Assembly: GCA_951406725.2 (NCBI GenBank)
Contig: OX597842.1
Coordinates: 2,604,001-2,668,000, forward strand
DNA: 64,000 nucleotides
Source: Octopus vulgaris
Lineage: Eukaryota
Direction of reading: 5' to 3'
Shown here: piece by piece, positions 39,628-55,130 of the stretch
Numbering within the stretch: position 1 is the stretch's first letter
How the letters are laid out: each line of letters begins with the position of its first letter
Made by a program: the position numbers and the translations under genes
The notes under the pieces: generated by a model
Told to the model about the DNA's origin: nothing
The model's database searches: none
What the model saw: only the letters and a program-made list of their open reading frames with translations

Positions 39628-39978
39628 CACAGGAGTGGCTGTGTGGTAAGTAGCTTGTTTACCAACCACATGGTTGCAGGTTCAGTCCCACTGCGTGGCA
39701 CCTTGGGCAAGTGTCTTCTACTATAGCCTCGGGCCGACCAAATCCTTGTGAGTGGATTTGGTAGACGGAAACTGAAAGAAGCCCATCGTATATATGTATA
39801 TATATATATGTGTGTTTATGTGTGTGTGTTTGTCGCCCCCAACATCACTTGACAACTGATGCTGGTGTGTTTATGTCCCCATATCTTAGTGGTTCGGCAA
39901 GAGGCTTAGTCGATTTGCTCGACTAAAGGGAGGGCTCCAGCATGGCCACAGTCAAATAACCGAAACAAGTAAAAGAGT
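39624..39978 (+). mobile_element. SINE family A with an internal deletion
   Basis: Matches the other copies. Confidence 0.8.
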
Positions 39979-40252
39979 TAAAAAAGTATATATGCATACT
40001 ATAGGCACTATATATGTGTGAGTATATATGTATGTATGTATATATATAAACATAACTAAGTGTATACTCATGCACACACATACATATAAAAATATCTGTA
40101 TGTGTGTGTATATGTGTCCATACACACACACACACACACACACACACGCATACAGAAAGTGAGAGAGCGAGAGAGAGAGCGGTTTATAATTGCATCTGTA
40201 TTCTGTGTACTCATATGCATACATGTGTGAAGGTAGGACATGTAAATATATA

Positions 40253-40333
<81 letters not shown>

Positions 40334-40640
40334 AGAGAGCTAGATGGATTACGAGATAGATAGATAGATAGAGAGAGAGGGAGAGATGCCTACAAACATG
40401 TGTGTGTGTGTGTGAGTATGGGGTTGTATATAGATAAATAAACAGGCAAGCACTGTGTCACAATATAGATGTATGTTATTGTCTTTTCCATTTATACATA
40501 CTGGAGTACAGATAAAGGATTTCTGGTAAACACATACACACGTGCAGAGATATATGTATGCATGTGTGTGTATGTGTATATATGTATGTATGTGTGTGTA
40601 TATATATATGTGTGTATGTGTGTGTATATATATATGTCTG

Positions 40641-40681
<41 letters not shown>

Positions 40682-41199
40682 ATATGTATCTATGTATATG
40701 TATGTATGTATATACATATATACACATACATGAAACGTGGATCTTAAATGATCAGGCATGGCTGTGTGGTAAGAAGCTTGCTTCCCAACCACATGGTTCT
40801 AGGTTCAGCCCCACTGCATAACACCTTGGGTAGGTGTCCTCTACTATATCCTCAGAACAACCAAACCCTTTTGAGTGGATACGGTAGATGGAAACTGAAA
40901 GAAGCCCACCGTATATATTGTATGTGTTTATGTATGTGTGTGCGTCTGTGTTTGTCTCTGCCTCCACATATGGATAACCAGTGTTGGTGTCCCTGTCACT
41001 TAGCGATTTGACAAAAAGAGACCATCATAATAAGTACTAGGTTTACAAAACAACTACTGGGGTCAATTCTTTCAACTAAAACCCTTCAAAGCAGTGCTCC
41101 AGCATGACCACAATCAAAAAGAGAGAAAGAATATCTATCTATCTATCTATACACACTCATACACATTTCTAAATATATGAGCAACTATTTATATACACA

Positions 41200-41427
41200 C
41201 GGTGAGCTGGCAGAAACGTTAGCACGCCGGGCGAAATGCGTAGCCGTGTTTCGTCTGCCGTTACGTTCTGAGTTCAAATTCCGCCGAGGTCAACTTTGCC
41301 TTTCATCCTTTCGGGGTCGATAAATTAAGTACCAGTTATGCACTGGGGTCAATGTAATCGACTTAATCCGTTTATCTGTCCTTCTTTGTCCCCTCTGAGT
41401 TTAGTCCCTTGTGGGTAATAAAGAAAT
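41200..41427 (+). mobile_element. SINE family B
   Basis: Matches 699-932. Confidence 0.8.
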
Positions 41428-41453
41428 ATATATATATATACACACATAAACAT

Positions 41454-41488
<35 letters not shown>

Positions 41489-41489
41489 C

Positions 41490-41874
41490 ACTCTTTTACT
41501 TGGTTCAGTCATTTGACTGTGGCCATGCTGTAGCACCGCCTTTAGTCGAGCAAATCGACCCCAGGACTTATTCTTTGTAAGCCTAGTATTTATTCTATCG
41601 GTCTCTTTTGCCAAACTGCTAAGTTATGGGGATGTAAACACACCAGCATAGGTTGTCAAGTGATGTTGGGGGGACAAACACAGACACACAAGACTATACA
41701 CACACATACATATATATGGGCTTCCTTCAGTTTCCGTCTACCAAATTCACTCAAGGCTTTGGTCATCCCGAGGCTATAGTAGAAGACACTTGCCCAAGGT
41801 GCCATGCAGTGGGACTGAACTTGGAACCATGTGGTTGGTAAGCAACCTACTTACCACACAGCCACTCCTGCACC
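41490..41874 (-). mobile_element. SINE family A
   Basis: Reverse-complement match. Confidence 0.8.
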
Positions 41875-42362
41875 TCATCTTCATAACCAACAAAAAAAAC
41901 AGTTTTAATTATTTGTGAGTATGTGTACGTGTTTTTTTCACGCATATAGAATTGTATGCTTTCATGAGCACGTGTATATGTATATATGTGTGTACATGAC
42001 ATTTATGCAATTTTACATGGAGACAAACTGACAGCAATCTAATAAGTTTATACATGTGTAACTATATGGTGTACATGTATATATGCATATGTATGTGTGC
42101 ATGTGTGCATATCAATGTGCATGTGTGTGTGTCTATTTTTATGATTCTGCTTGCAGGTGAAAGGTTGTTACGAATTACTGCATTTTTGTCAAAAATGCTA
42201 TGCGTGTGCATATGTGCACATACACACACACATATATGTTTCTGAATATATCATAGATATACACTCACACACACACACCTACATTCATATATATATGGGT
42301 GTGTATTATGTGTGTATATCTATTTGTGTGAATGCATACATATAATATACACACATATATCC

Positions 42363-42395
<33 letters not shown>

Positions 42396-42548
42396 CGGAG
42401 TAAATACAGATTTTGTTGAATTTTCTGCTGCTTTAAATAAAGTATATATATATATCGTCGTTTAGCATGGAGAACGGACGTTAAACGACGATATATATAT
42501 ATACTTTATTTAAAGCAGCAGAAAATTCAACAAAATCTGTATTTACTC

Positions 42549-42550
<2 letters not shown>
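42396..42550. repeat. Perfect 69-bp inverted repeat with a 17-nt loop
   Basis: 42396-42464 is the exact reverse complement of 42482-42550. Confidence 0.92.
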
Positions 42551-42597
<47 letters not shown>

Positions 42598-43485
42598 CAA
42601 CTATTTGTACATATGTTAAAATACATATCGATATGTTTAAACATATGCATATAAATACATATCAATATATAACCATACACTCCCTATACACAAATACTAT
42701 GTTCCAAATGCATTTAACTGTAACTGTATATTTGAATATATGTGTCTATCCTTAAAAAACTGCTTTTCTGTTTTCATCTGAATGTAAATTACATCAGTAT
42801 ACAAAAACCTAACCTAATACATATATATATATATATATATATATTGCATATACATGTGTAAATACATATATACTGTGTATGCATGTGAGTTTATGTGCGT
42901 GTCTTGTGACTTGCATGTGTTGCGTTTCTGGAATTTTGATATAAATTGATGTAGTTTTAAGGAAATCTGAGATGTACAAATATACTTATATATGTCTGTC
43001 TGTGTGTCTGCTCAAAACATGTGTATGTTTTATAAAGCATAAAATACCAAATATATTTCCTGTATTTTATTAATATTTTACATACATACATACAACATAT
43101 AAGTATACACACACACACACACACGCATATATATAAGAAACAAGATTAATTTTATGATATATTTGATATTTATAATAAATATATTTATGCATAAATATAC
43201 ATAGATATACTCTGAACATGGATACTCATCCCTTAGGATATGCTTACGAAATGAGACATGTCTGTATGTGTATGTATGTATATATATATATATATACACA
43301 AACACACATATATATATGCACATACATATATGTATATATGTATACACATACACATTTATAAACTGGTATATTTATACAAGTTCCTACATACACTCAAGTA
43401 CATTTATATATATACTAGTATATGTATGTATGAATATATGTATGTATGTATGTATTTATGTATGCATCTATGTACTTCACTCTTT

Positions 43486-43528
<43 letters not shown>

Positions 43529-43544
43529 TGTGTGTGTATGTATG

Positions 43545-43596
<52 letters not shown>

Positions 43597-43615
43597 TGTG
43601 TGTGTATGTATGTAA

Positions 43616-43668
<53 letters not shown>

Positions 43669-43684
43669 TGTGTGTGTATGTATG

Positions 43685-43732
<48 letters not shown>

Positions 43733-44309
43733 TATACAGACACACACACACACATATAGGTACATTCATACACCTATACAGTATTTTTGAATTATGTAAT
43801 TCAAAAACCTGCCATACACACACACACACACCACATTACGTCACACACCCATATATATATGCATATATATATATACACCCCATACATGAGCCGAAAAGTA
43901 GAAGTCCAATTTAAACGAGTGTATATTAAAGCTATATCGTATTACATCGCAATTACATTTTAAACACAACACAAAATATTTGACATTTATTAACACACAG
44001 GAGAGCAAGGCACCGGTCCCTACTCCCACTTCCCTCTCAATTTGCTCCTACCACACACACAATCCTTCCATGGCGACACTGCGTTTTTTTGCATTTTGTT
44101 TTTTTTTTTGTTTTTTTTTGTTTTGGTTTAATTTTTCTTTGTTTTGTTTTAGTCTGTTTCCCCGGTCTTTCCTTCCTCACAACTTACCAGAAATAGCAGC
44201 TAATCCTCCCTCAATTTATACCCACCCTTGTTATCTTAAAACAAACAAATGCACGTTAGATACTGTGTGTGGTCCCTAACAACACGTAAACAATTATAAC
44301 CCCTAATAC

Positions 44310-44740
44310 TAACTACCATACTATACATTAGATAATGTAGTCCTAGATACACTATGCCTGAATAAAAGATGCAACATCTTTGATCATAGGTTGACTGGAT
44401 CAGGACTGACCTGGGGCTAAACAACAATTGTAGCTACTAACACGATTGTACTATACATTAGATAATGTAGTCCTAGATACCCTATGTCTGAATAAAAGAT
44501 GGGATGGTCACAGCTGGAACATCTTTGATCATAGGTCGACTGGATTAGGACTGACCTGGGGCTAAGCAACAACAACAACAACCATAACCACTAATACAGA
44601 CTACAATACTATACATTAGGTAATGTAGTCCAAGGTACACTATGCCTGAATAATGGATGGGATGGTCACAGCTGGAACATATTTGATCAAAGGTCTGCTA
44701 GATCAAGACTTACAAGGCATTGAACAACAGCAGCAACAGA
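44310..44740 (+). repeat. Three tandem units of ~130-160 bp
   Basis: CTATACATTAG.TAATGTAGTCC recurs at about 44321, 44451 and 44609; the units end in AACAAC tails. Confidence 0.8.
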
Positions 44741-44864
44741 TTATCATCAGAGCAGAACAGAACCTGATACGAATTACCTCCCCTTTTCAGTAATCCTTCC
44801 CTTCCTCCCTCCATGCTTCCCTGTCTTGCTTTGCCTCCTTCTTTCTTGCTTTTCTTCGTTAGTA

Positions 44865-46018
44865 ATTCTAAAAATAGCCACATCATTGAAATCTCAAAGC
44901 AATGAGATAATGTGTGATTAATTCAAAACAATGTGAATAAATAAGCATTGCATTTGACTGGATAATCTGAATGCGAAAGGATTAAACTGGCCATAATCTG
45001 GCCAAATAGTTTAACAGTTTAATGCTGAAACCAACCAGATCCAACCTTTCACACCTACCCAACATGGCCATTCCTAAAAGAAACAATCACATCATCGAAA
45101 TCTCAAAGCCACAAGGTAATACTTGATTAATTCAAAACAATGGATAAATAAGCTTTACATTTGACAGATTAATCTGAAGGCTAAAGTGTCAAGCCAGCCA
45201 TATCTGGCTGGTTTTATGTTCAAACTGGCTGGGTCCAGCTTCTCTCATCTACCCTACAATGCCATTCTGAAAATAAACCATCACATCATTGAATTCTTGA
45301 AACTATGATTAATTCAAAACAATCTGAATAAGTAAGCTTTACATCTCAGAGAGTAATGTAAAGGATAAAGGAATAAACTGGACATAAGGTGCAGGAGTGG
45401 CTGTGTGGTAAGTAGCTTGCTTACCAACCACATGGTTTTGGGTTCAGTTCCACAGTGGGGAACCTTGGGCAAGTGTCTTCTGCTATAGCCTCGGGCCGAC
45501 CGAAGCCTTGTGAGAGGATTTGATAGATGGAAACTGAAAGAAGCCTGTCGTATATGTGTGTCTGTGTTTGTTCCCCACCAACATCACTTGACAACTGATG
45601 CTGGTGTGTTTACATCCCCGTAACTTAGCAGTTTGGCAAAAGAAAATGATAGAATAAGTACTAGGCTTACAAAGTACTAGGCTTAGTCAATTTGCTCGAC
45701 TAAAAGCAGTGCTCCAGCATGGCCGCAGTCAAACGGCTGACACAAGGAAAAGAGTAAAAAAAAAAAAAGAGATGATGCATGATTAATTCAAAACAATGGG
45801 AATAAATAATTATTACATTTGACTGAGGATCTGTATACTAAACGGTTAAACTGACCAGATCCTACCTCTCACACCTACCTTACAATGCCATTCTAAAACT
45901 AAACATTAACATCAATGAAATCAGAAAGCTATGATATAGTGCATGGTTAATTAATTCAAAACAATGTGAGTAAATAAATATCACATTTGACAAAATAATC
46001 TGAATGCAAAAGAGTCAA
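44865..46018 (+). repeat. Tandem ~185-210-bp units, interrupted by a family A SINE (45387-45755)
   Basis: GATTAATTCAAAACAAT recurs at about 44916, 45125, 45307, 45781 and 45950. Confidence 0.75.
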
Positions 46019-46239
46019 GTTCTTTCAAATCTCAGAAATGAATTTAAAAATCTTCATTCTCCACCCCTCCCTCTCTCTCTCTCTCTCTCTCTTTTTCCTC
46101 TTAAATTCTTTTAAATTTTTCAAATAAATACAAAGAATTCTATTCTCTCTTTTTCTCCTCTCTTAAACACAAGAATAGTAAGAATTTCTCAATTCGATGC
46201 TTTCTTCTTCCTTTCCACAATTTTGTCACCTTTTCCTAT

Positions 46240-46323
46240 TTATCTATCTATCTATCTTTCCATCTATCTGTCTGTGTATCTATCTACCTATCTGTCTGTC
46301 TGTCTGTCTATCTATCTGTCTTC

Positions 46324-46383
<60 letters not shown>

Positions 46384-46469
46384 ATTTCCATCTATCTATC
46401 TATCCATCTATCCATCTATCTATCTATCTATCCATCTATCCATCTATCTATCTACCTATCTATTTATCC

Positions 46470-46512
<43 letters not shown>

Positions 46513-46590
46513 CATCTATCTATCTATCTATATATCTATCTATCTATCTATCTATCTACCTATCCATCTATCTATCTATCTATCTATCTG

Positions 46591-46673
<83 letters not shown>

Positions 46674-46743
46674 CATCTATCTATCCACCTGTCCGTCTAT
46701 CTGTCTGCCTGTCAATCTATCTGTATATCTCTCCATCTGTCTG

Positions 46744-46790
<47 letters not shown>

Positions 46791-46900
46791 CTCTACTGTC
46801 TGTATCTTTATCTATCTATCTATCTGCATTTCTATCTATCTATCCATCCATCTATCTTTTCATCTATCTATTTGTCTATCTATCTATCTATCTATCTGTC
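46240..46900. repeat. (TATC)n microsatellite
   Basis: Direct inspection. Confidence 0.9.
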
Positions 46901-46972
46901 TTTCACTCATTTGTAAATTCCTTGAAACAACACACCAAAACAGCCAAAAAAAAAAATCATTTTGCCCCTTCT

Positions 46973-47008
<36 letters not shown>

Positions 47009-47189
47009 CTTATTCCAAAATTCCTTAAAATAAACCCCACAAAAACAACAACAAATTCCTTCATGTCACTCCCTCTCTATATCCCTTCCTTAATTTCCAT
47101 TCTATCTATCTACCTATCTATCCCTCTGTCTTTCATTTACTTCCTTAAATTAAACCCCTGAAATTGCAAAATGATCATTCCTATCACTC

Positions 47190-47509
47190 TCCTTCTAACC
47201 CTTTTTCCATCTCCCCTTATTCTCTCTCATGATGGCTCCATGACACTCGATCGATCTCTCTCATTCTTGATCTCCCCCTCTCTTGCACATTCAATCACTT
47301 CAACTTTCTTCATCCTCCTACTCTCCCTCTCTCTCTCTTTATCTCTCTTTCTTCCTCTCTCCCTATATATCACTCTGTCTCTCTCTATATCTCTCCATTT
47401 TTCTTTCTTTTTCTTCTTCCCTCCCTCTTTCTCTCATCCCTAAATTCCTTGAAATAAACCCCCAAAATCAGCAAAAAGCTCATTCACCTCATTCTCTTGT
47501 CATTTCTTC

Positions 47510-47541
<32 letters not shown>

Positions 47542-47955
47542 TCCTCTCTATCTCTCTCTCTCTCAGCTTGTCCCTCCTTCATTTTTAAATTCCTCATATT
47601 CCATCCCTCTCTCCACCCCATTTCTCTCTCTCTCTCTTTCTCTTTCTTTCTCTATCTCCCTCTCTCAGTCTCTCTTCCTCTCTCTCTCTCTTTCTCCCCC
47701 TCTCTATCTCTCTTCTTTCTCAGCCTGTCCCTCCTTCATTCTTAAATTCCTCATATTCCATCCCTCTCTCCACCCCATTTCTCTCCCTCTCTCTTTCCCT
47801 CAGTTTCTCTCTCTCTCTCTCTTTCTCTCTTCCCTCTACATATCTGACTCTCCTTCTCAAATTCCTCGTCTTCACTCTCTGTCTCCTCTCCATCTTCCAT
47901 CTGCCTTTCTCTTTCCCTTCTCTCTCTCTCTCTCTCCTTACTTCCCTCCATCTCT
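47190..47955. repeat. (CT)-rich polypyrimidine tract with an internal ~70-bp duplication
   Basis: TGTCCCTCCTTCATT..AAATTCCTCATATTCCATCCC at about 47569 and 47726. Confidence 0.8.
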
Positions 47956-48274
47956 GTGTCACATTTGGACAGCCAACAGCCAAGATTCGCAGCTAATCCA
48001 TTTTTTGTCTTCAAGTCTTGTGCATGGAACTGTGAAATATCCTGGTCTTCTTGCACGGATTCTTTTAAATTTTCCACAATAAATACAAAAAGACCAAAAA
48101 AAAAAACCCAGAAAAGAAATAAGCGAAAATCCAGAAAAATTATCATTGGCTTATGTTATTAGTTATTTGGTAAAATGGAGGAGGAGGGGAGAGGTGGTGG
48201 GAGGTGGTGATGTAGAAAGGTTATCGTGGTGGCAGTGGTGGTGGCCATCATTGTCGTTGTATGGGGAGGACGTC

Positions 48275-48311
<37 letters not shown>

Positions 48312-48322
48312 TGGGGAGGACG

Positions 48323-48367
<45 letters not shown>

Positions 48368-48514
48368 CATACACACACATGCACACACATATATGGTTGT
48401 ATATGTATGTATACATAACTATGCATATACACACAGTTTATGGATATCAATATATATATATATATATCATCATCATCATTTAGTGCCAGCATGGAAAGCA
48501 GACACTAAATGATG

Positions 48515-48552
<38 letters not shown>

Positions 48553-48732
48553 ATATGTATGTTTATTTATGTGTTTTCACATGAATATATTTGAATGGCT
48601 TTATAAATGATATATATTAAATATTATGCATATCTGTATTGTACACCCAGTCAAACATACACACACATATATATGTATGTATATATATATATATATGTGT
48701 GCATGTGTATACGTATATATATATACAGATAT

Positions 48733-48787
<55 letters not shown>

Positions 48788-49259
48788 CAAGCATATATAT
48801 GTGTGTGTATGTGATATATTAAATATTATGTATATCTGTACACAGAGTCAACTACACACACACACACATAAATATATTAATATGACTTTCTAGATAATAT
48901 ATGTGAAATATGCATATCCACACACACAATACAAACACACACATAAACACACATAAACATACATACATACATATATACGCATAACACATACATATCAAAT
49001 ATAATAAATAGTCGTATATAATATGTTTTATTTAAAATTATTTAATTAATTATGTTTGTTGTCTCACGTATTATTACCCTACTCCACATCATACGGCTTA
49101 AACATGTTTTAGACATTTCAATGTTTGTTTTGTTTTGGTTTGTTTTTGTTTATTATTTATATTGGTTTCTTTATTTTTTTCCCACTAAAATTGTCTGGAA
49201 TCAATTTATTTTTCTTTCAAGCCTCAGTTCACACCAATAAGGTAATATATACATGTGTG

Positions 49260-49363
<104 letters not shown>

Positions 49364-49649
49364 GATTGTATGTATATATGTATGTATGCATGTATATGTA
49401 TACATGTATATACATACATATATGTATGTATGTTTGTGTCCCAGTTTTTGTATGTATGTTTATAGGAGAATGTGTGTGTGTGTGCATATTCATATGTATG
49501 CACATCCACACATTCATATACATATACACTCATATATATATCTGTATGTGTTTGGGTTCATGGCTATCTCTGCATTCATAAACAGAAGGAAAAATACTCC
49601 AAACATGAATGTAGTAGTAGTAATAATAATTAATTCGTTTATTGGCCAC

Positions 49650-49681
<32 letters not shown>

Positions 49682-49942
49682 TAATAATAATAATAATAAT
49701 GATGATAATAATAATAATGATAATAATAATAATAATGGTTTCAAATTTTTCCATAAGGGCAGAAATTTGGGGAAAGGGAATGAGTCGATTACCTCAACCC
49801 TAGTTTTCAACTGATACTTATTTTATCGACCCCGAAAAGATGATCTTGGTGGAATTTGAACTCAGAACATAGTGATGGGTGAAATACTGCTGAGCATTTT
49901 GTTCAGTGTGCTAACAATTCTGCCAGCTTGCCACCTTAAGAA

Positions 49943-50034
<92 letters not shown>

Positions 50035-50035
<1 letters not shown>

Positions 50036-50560
50036 GTCCTGATGCAGTACCAGGCAGTGGCTCTCATGGCTTCTGATCTTAACTGATTGGAAGTGTTATC
50101 ATGTACATTGTTTTGTCTTGGTATAAAAGATGGGCTACAGCAAATATTTTGCTCAATTCCACAGATTTGTTTGTCAGTTGTTTGACCTTAACCAGTTGAT
50201 TATGTCCCTTAGTGGCTGACGATATGTGCATCTCTGATCACGAGCAGAAGTAGTGGGGGAGCATCATAGCCATGTGTTGAGAGGGATTCTTTGGGGTTTG
50301 GACAACCTTAAACAACCCTTATTCAGGGACCTTTTGAGCGGGATGGGTTACTCGACCAGAAGGAAATTCTAACTGGGCCCCACCTGCAAGGTCATGTGCT
50401 GTTTATCGTGAGATGAGATCACCAAGTCGTGCATATATGGCTGTGATACATATGCCTAGTGTACCCTTAACAGATGGGTAGTCATGATGGGTATACTGGG
50501 CTTCATATATTCTACCCCAATGTCACTTTGATGGCAATCACTGCTCTCTCACTCAATAAT
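50035..50560. repeat. Uninterrupted copy of the 21705-22676 interspersed repeat
   Basis: Colinear sequence identity; flanked by (AAT)n. Confidence 0.8.
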
Positions 50561-51864
50561 AATAATAATAATATTGGTTGCAAATTTTAGCAGAAGGCCA
50601 GCAATTCCAGGGAGAGGTAAGTCAATAACATTGTCTCCAATATATGACTGGTACATATTTTCTTGATTTCAAAAGGATGAAAGGCAAAGTTAAACTCAGA
50701 ATATAAACAAAGGTGAAGGAGTGGCTGTGTGGCAAGAAGCTTGCTTCTCAACAACATAGTTCCGGGTTCAGTCCCACTACGTGGCACCTTGGGCAAGTGT
50801 CTTTTACTATAACCTCAGGCTGACTAACGACTTGTGAGTGGATTTGGTAGATAGAAACAAAAAGAAGCCTGTCATATATATATGTATGTATATATATGTA
50901 CGTGTGTATTTGTTATTTGTATCTGTGTTTGTCTACCCACCATACCGATGTTGGTATGTTTACGTCCCCCTCACCTAGCAGGTCGGCAAAAAGAGGCCGA
51001 TAGAATAAGTTCTAGGCTTACAAAGAATAAGTCCTGGGGTCAATTTGTTCGACTAAAGGTGGTGCTCCAGCATGGCCACTGTCAAATGACTGAAACAAGT
51101 AAAAAAAATAAAAGTAAAAGGACAAAATGCCACTAAACATTTTGGTTGGCTCAGTAATAATAATATTAACCCTTTCCACTATTGGCACAAGGCCTGAAAC
51201 TTTAGGGGACGGGGTGTTCAACTGGTACTTATTGCATCGACCCCAAAAGAATGAAAGGCAAAGTCAACCTAGGCAGAATTTGAACTCAGAACGTAAAGGC
51301 AGACGGAATGCCACTCAGCATTTTCCCTGACACAAAATAACAATCCTGTGAGCTCACCACTTTCATGAAAATAATAATAATTATAAAGGGTTCAAATTTT
51401 GAAAGAAGGCCACCAATTTTTGTTAGTCTCTTTTGCGGAACTACAGGAATGTAAACAAACCAACACTGGTTGTCAAGTAGTGGTGGAGGACAAACACAAC
51501 ACATACACACAGATATTTACATACATATATGCATATACTCACATGCAGAGACACACACATATGATAACTTAGTTTTATGGTTTCTTAAGAATCAAGGCAT
51601 ATCAAAGTGTAGGAAGCCAGAAATGGCTAGGTACAAACCCACAAACTGCACAATGAAATAAACAACATTGTAGACCAGGTTTTGGCAGGATTCTGTGGAT
51701 TCACAAGTAACAAATCCAATTTATAATCACAGATCTTTCTTAAATTTTGCCAGTTCAAATGTGGTCAGACATTGGTGGAAACTGCTCCTATTCTGGGACA
51801 ACCACATTCCATCATTGATGACGACACCATCCATAAAGTGGAAACCACAAGTTTGAAGGGTTGT

Positions 51865-52140
51865 CTCATAACAATTTCCACCTCTTTCAATTTGTTTCAA
51901 ATGCTATGCACGGAGTTTCGTTCAACACCAATGCAGAATTGAGAGCTTGGTTGGATCAATTTTTCAAGATGAAATCAGGTGATTTCTACCAATGAGGTAT
52001 TGAAAATCTTGTTGAATGTTGGGAAGAAGTTGTAAACAACAAGGGTGAATACATTATTGATTAATTAGTTGTTGTTTATAATTAAACCTTTTAAAAAATT
52101 AAAATAAAAAAAAACGGCAGGAACTTAGTTGCCAACCCAA
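51865..52140 (+). mobile_element. Mariner transposase C-terminal relic with right TIR
   Basis: FHLFQFVSNAMHGVSFNTNAELRAWLDQFF..FYQ*GIENLVECWEEVVNNKGEYIID* matches the mariner C-terminus; ends in the TIR-like GCAGGAACTTAGTTGCCAACCCAA. Confidence 0.8.
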
Positions 52141-52159
52141 AGATACATATATATATATA

Positions 52160-52384
52160 TCATCATCATCGTTTAAAGTCCGTTTTCCATGCTAGCACGG
52201 GTTGGACGGTTCAACTGGGGTCTGGGAAGCCAGGGGCTGCACCAGGCTCCAGTCTGATCAGGCAGTGTTTCTACAGCTGGATGCCCTACCTAACGCCAAC
52301 CACTCCGCGAGTGTAGCGGGTGCTTTTTACGTGCCACCGGCACAGGTGCCAGGGGAGTCTGGCATCAGCCGTGATTGGGTAGTG

Positions 52385-52388
<4 letters not shown>
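52160..52388 (-). mobile_element. RTE 3' tail fragment
   Basis: Homologous to 6298-6500. Confidence 0.8.
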
Positions 52389-52436
<48 letters not shown>

Positions 52437-52867
52437 GCTTTTTACAGTTTCCGTCAACACTCTCAAGGTTTTTTTGGGCCTGAGGCTATGGTAGAAGACA
52501 CTTGCCCAAGGTATCATGCAGTGGGACTGCACCCAAGACTACATGGTTGGGAAGCAAGCTTCTTAACCACACAGCTACACCTGAACCTATGTATATATCT
52601 AATTAGTAATCACCTGTATTATTACCTGGAGATATACGTAATCACACCCAATGTCAATGTAACCTGCTACACTAAAACAACGTAGGCATTCCACCCGTTT
52701 TCCACCCTGCTCCTCACCTTTCCTTCCACCCTTCTAAACTACCTCTGTGAATGCAACAGTTGAACTTATTGGGAGTGCTAAATGCTTTTAAGACACAACT
52801 CCCTGGAGTGATTAAGAGAAACGATATATATACTTACGTACCCATATCTATCTGTCTGTCTATCTAT

Positions 52868-52898
<31 letters not shown>

Positions 52899-52977
52899 AA
52901 TATATATTTATATATATTTATATATATATATGTGTGCACATTCCTACACACACACACATATAAAAGCATATGCATAT

Positions 52978-53016
<39 letters not shown>

Positions 53017-54001
53017 TACACATTCTTATACACATATACATATTTATATACACAGATAAATATACATATACATACTTATATACATATACTTACATACATA
53101 TGTAAACATATACATACATATATATATAGAGAGAGAGACACACACACACATATATATACATAATTATATACATATATAAATATAAGCATACATAGTGATG
53201 TGTGTATGTGTGTGTGTATACCAATGAAAAGAAGAAGACAAAGAAAATTCTTTAGGAATGTATGTATTTGTGTGTGTATATATATATATATGATGATGTA
53301 TATATATATATACATATGTAGATATAATTACACACACAAACACACAGATATATATATATATATATACACACATACACACACATATATACACACACTCATG
53401 TACCTCTATAAAGGTAGGAGTGTATATGTGTACATATATATACACACACAAGTGGATGGTGTGAGGCAGCTTCAGATGCAGAGAGGTATTGCAATGCACT
53501 ATAAATCTCTGCCAAGCCATGGAAACTCTAAAAGACACTATTGAATAACACTAAAAATAGCCGCCTCTCTATATCTTGAAATGGAATAGGGCTTTCATGA
53601 TCCCTCCTTCATGGTGAGGTTCTCACCTGGGTCCGTATGACCCTTAGAGTTCCATATCAGATTCTCATGTTAAAGTTTATGAGCAATAAATTAGTTATAC
53701 TTCTACACTACACAAAATATTTTGTGGTAAGATGCTTGCTTCCCGACCACATTGCTCTGGGTTCAGTCTCATTGTGTGGCACCTTGGGCACATGTCTGCT
53801 ACAATATGTAGCCTCAGGCTGACAAAAGCCTTGTGAGTGGGATTTGGTAGATAGAAAGTGAAAGAAGCCTGTTGTGTGTGCGTGCGTGCGTGTGTATGTG
53901 TATGTATATATAAAGTTAATCCAAACAAGAAAGCACAAAAAAACACAACAACGCGAGGACGTGAAACAAATATAGTATTATTGGACACTCAGGAAAGGAG
54001 G

Positions 54002-54036
54002 GTTTAACGTTTCGAATGGAGCTCTTCGTCGGAAAC
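54002..54036 (-). ncRNA. Variant minimal hammerhead-like motif (CCGACGA core)
   Basis: Minus strand GTTT-CCGACGA-AGAGCTCCATTC-GAAA-CG-TT-AAAC; stem I GTTT/AAAC. Confidence 0.55.
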
Positions 54037-54102
54037 ATAACAGAAGGAAAGAGCCAGAGAAGGGAAGACAGAGGAAACAAATCGCCAACGGTACACATGA
54101 GG

Positions 54103-54164
<62 letters not shown>

Positions 54165-54229
54165 GTAGGAATATAATTCCAAACTTACAGGGAAAAATTC
54201 AATTCAGCAATTCTAAATTAAATTTTGCA

Positions 54230-54280
<51 letters not shown>

Positions 54281-54759
54281 AAAGCCTCCATTAAAAAAAT
54301 CAATAATGAAAGATGTTATTCACACCATATAGAAAATATATACTAAAATAAAACCTTATTCTAAAAATCAATAAAGTACAAAATCAATGAATAGTAAATA
54401 ATATAATAAAAAGACTACGTGCATTGTGTGTGTGTGTATATTAGGGGCAACCAGATCAAACCATCTCAAGTGTAACTGTCCAAAATGGTTATGACTTCTG
54501 GAACTTGACTGAGGAAAGAAAGCCACGTATGACCCGTCTTTTTGTGCCTGTCCTTCTAATTGTTGTTTCTCTTGTCTGCCTTTGTATCGTCTATTTGTCT
54601 GAATGGTTTATTGTCCTCTATTGCATTTTTGTTCCATTCATATATATATATATATACATGCATGCATTGGCAAAACTGTATGGTAAGAAGCTTGCTTCCC
54701 AAACACAAGGTTCTGGATTTGTTAGATAGAAACTGAAAGAAGCTTATCATATACATATA

Positions 54760-55040
54760 TATCATCATCGTTTAACGTCCGTTTTCCGTGCTAGCACGGG
54801 TTGGACAGTTCGACCGGGGTCTGGGAAGCCAGGAGGCTGCACTAGGCTCTAGTCTGATCTGGCAGTGTTTCTACAGCTGGATGCCCTTCCTAATGCCAAC
54901 CACTCCGTGAGTCTAGTGGGTGCTTTTTACGTGCCACCGGCACAGGTGCCAGGGGAGTCTGGCAGCGGCCACGATCGGTTGGTGCTTTTTATGTGCCCCA
55001 GCACAGAAGCCAGTCAATGCAGCGCTGGCATCGGCCACAT
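54760..55040 (-). mobile_element. RTE 3' tail fragment
   Basis: Homologous to 6298-6600. Confidence 0.8.
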
Positions 55041-55130
55041 ATATATATATATAGTTGAAATTTACAGAAAACCAAAAGACAAAGACAGGTGAGGAACAAG
55101 CAGATGTATTAGCTTGATACTTGAGAAAGT

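Noticed and set aside
47950-48130. Minus-strand peptide ENLKESVQEDQDISQFHAQDLKTKNG
   Set aside because: No clear splice sites or recognisable homology; the ORF is extended by a (GA)n repeat.
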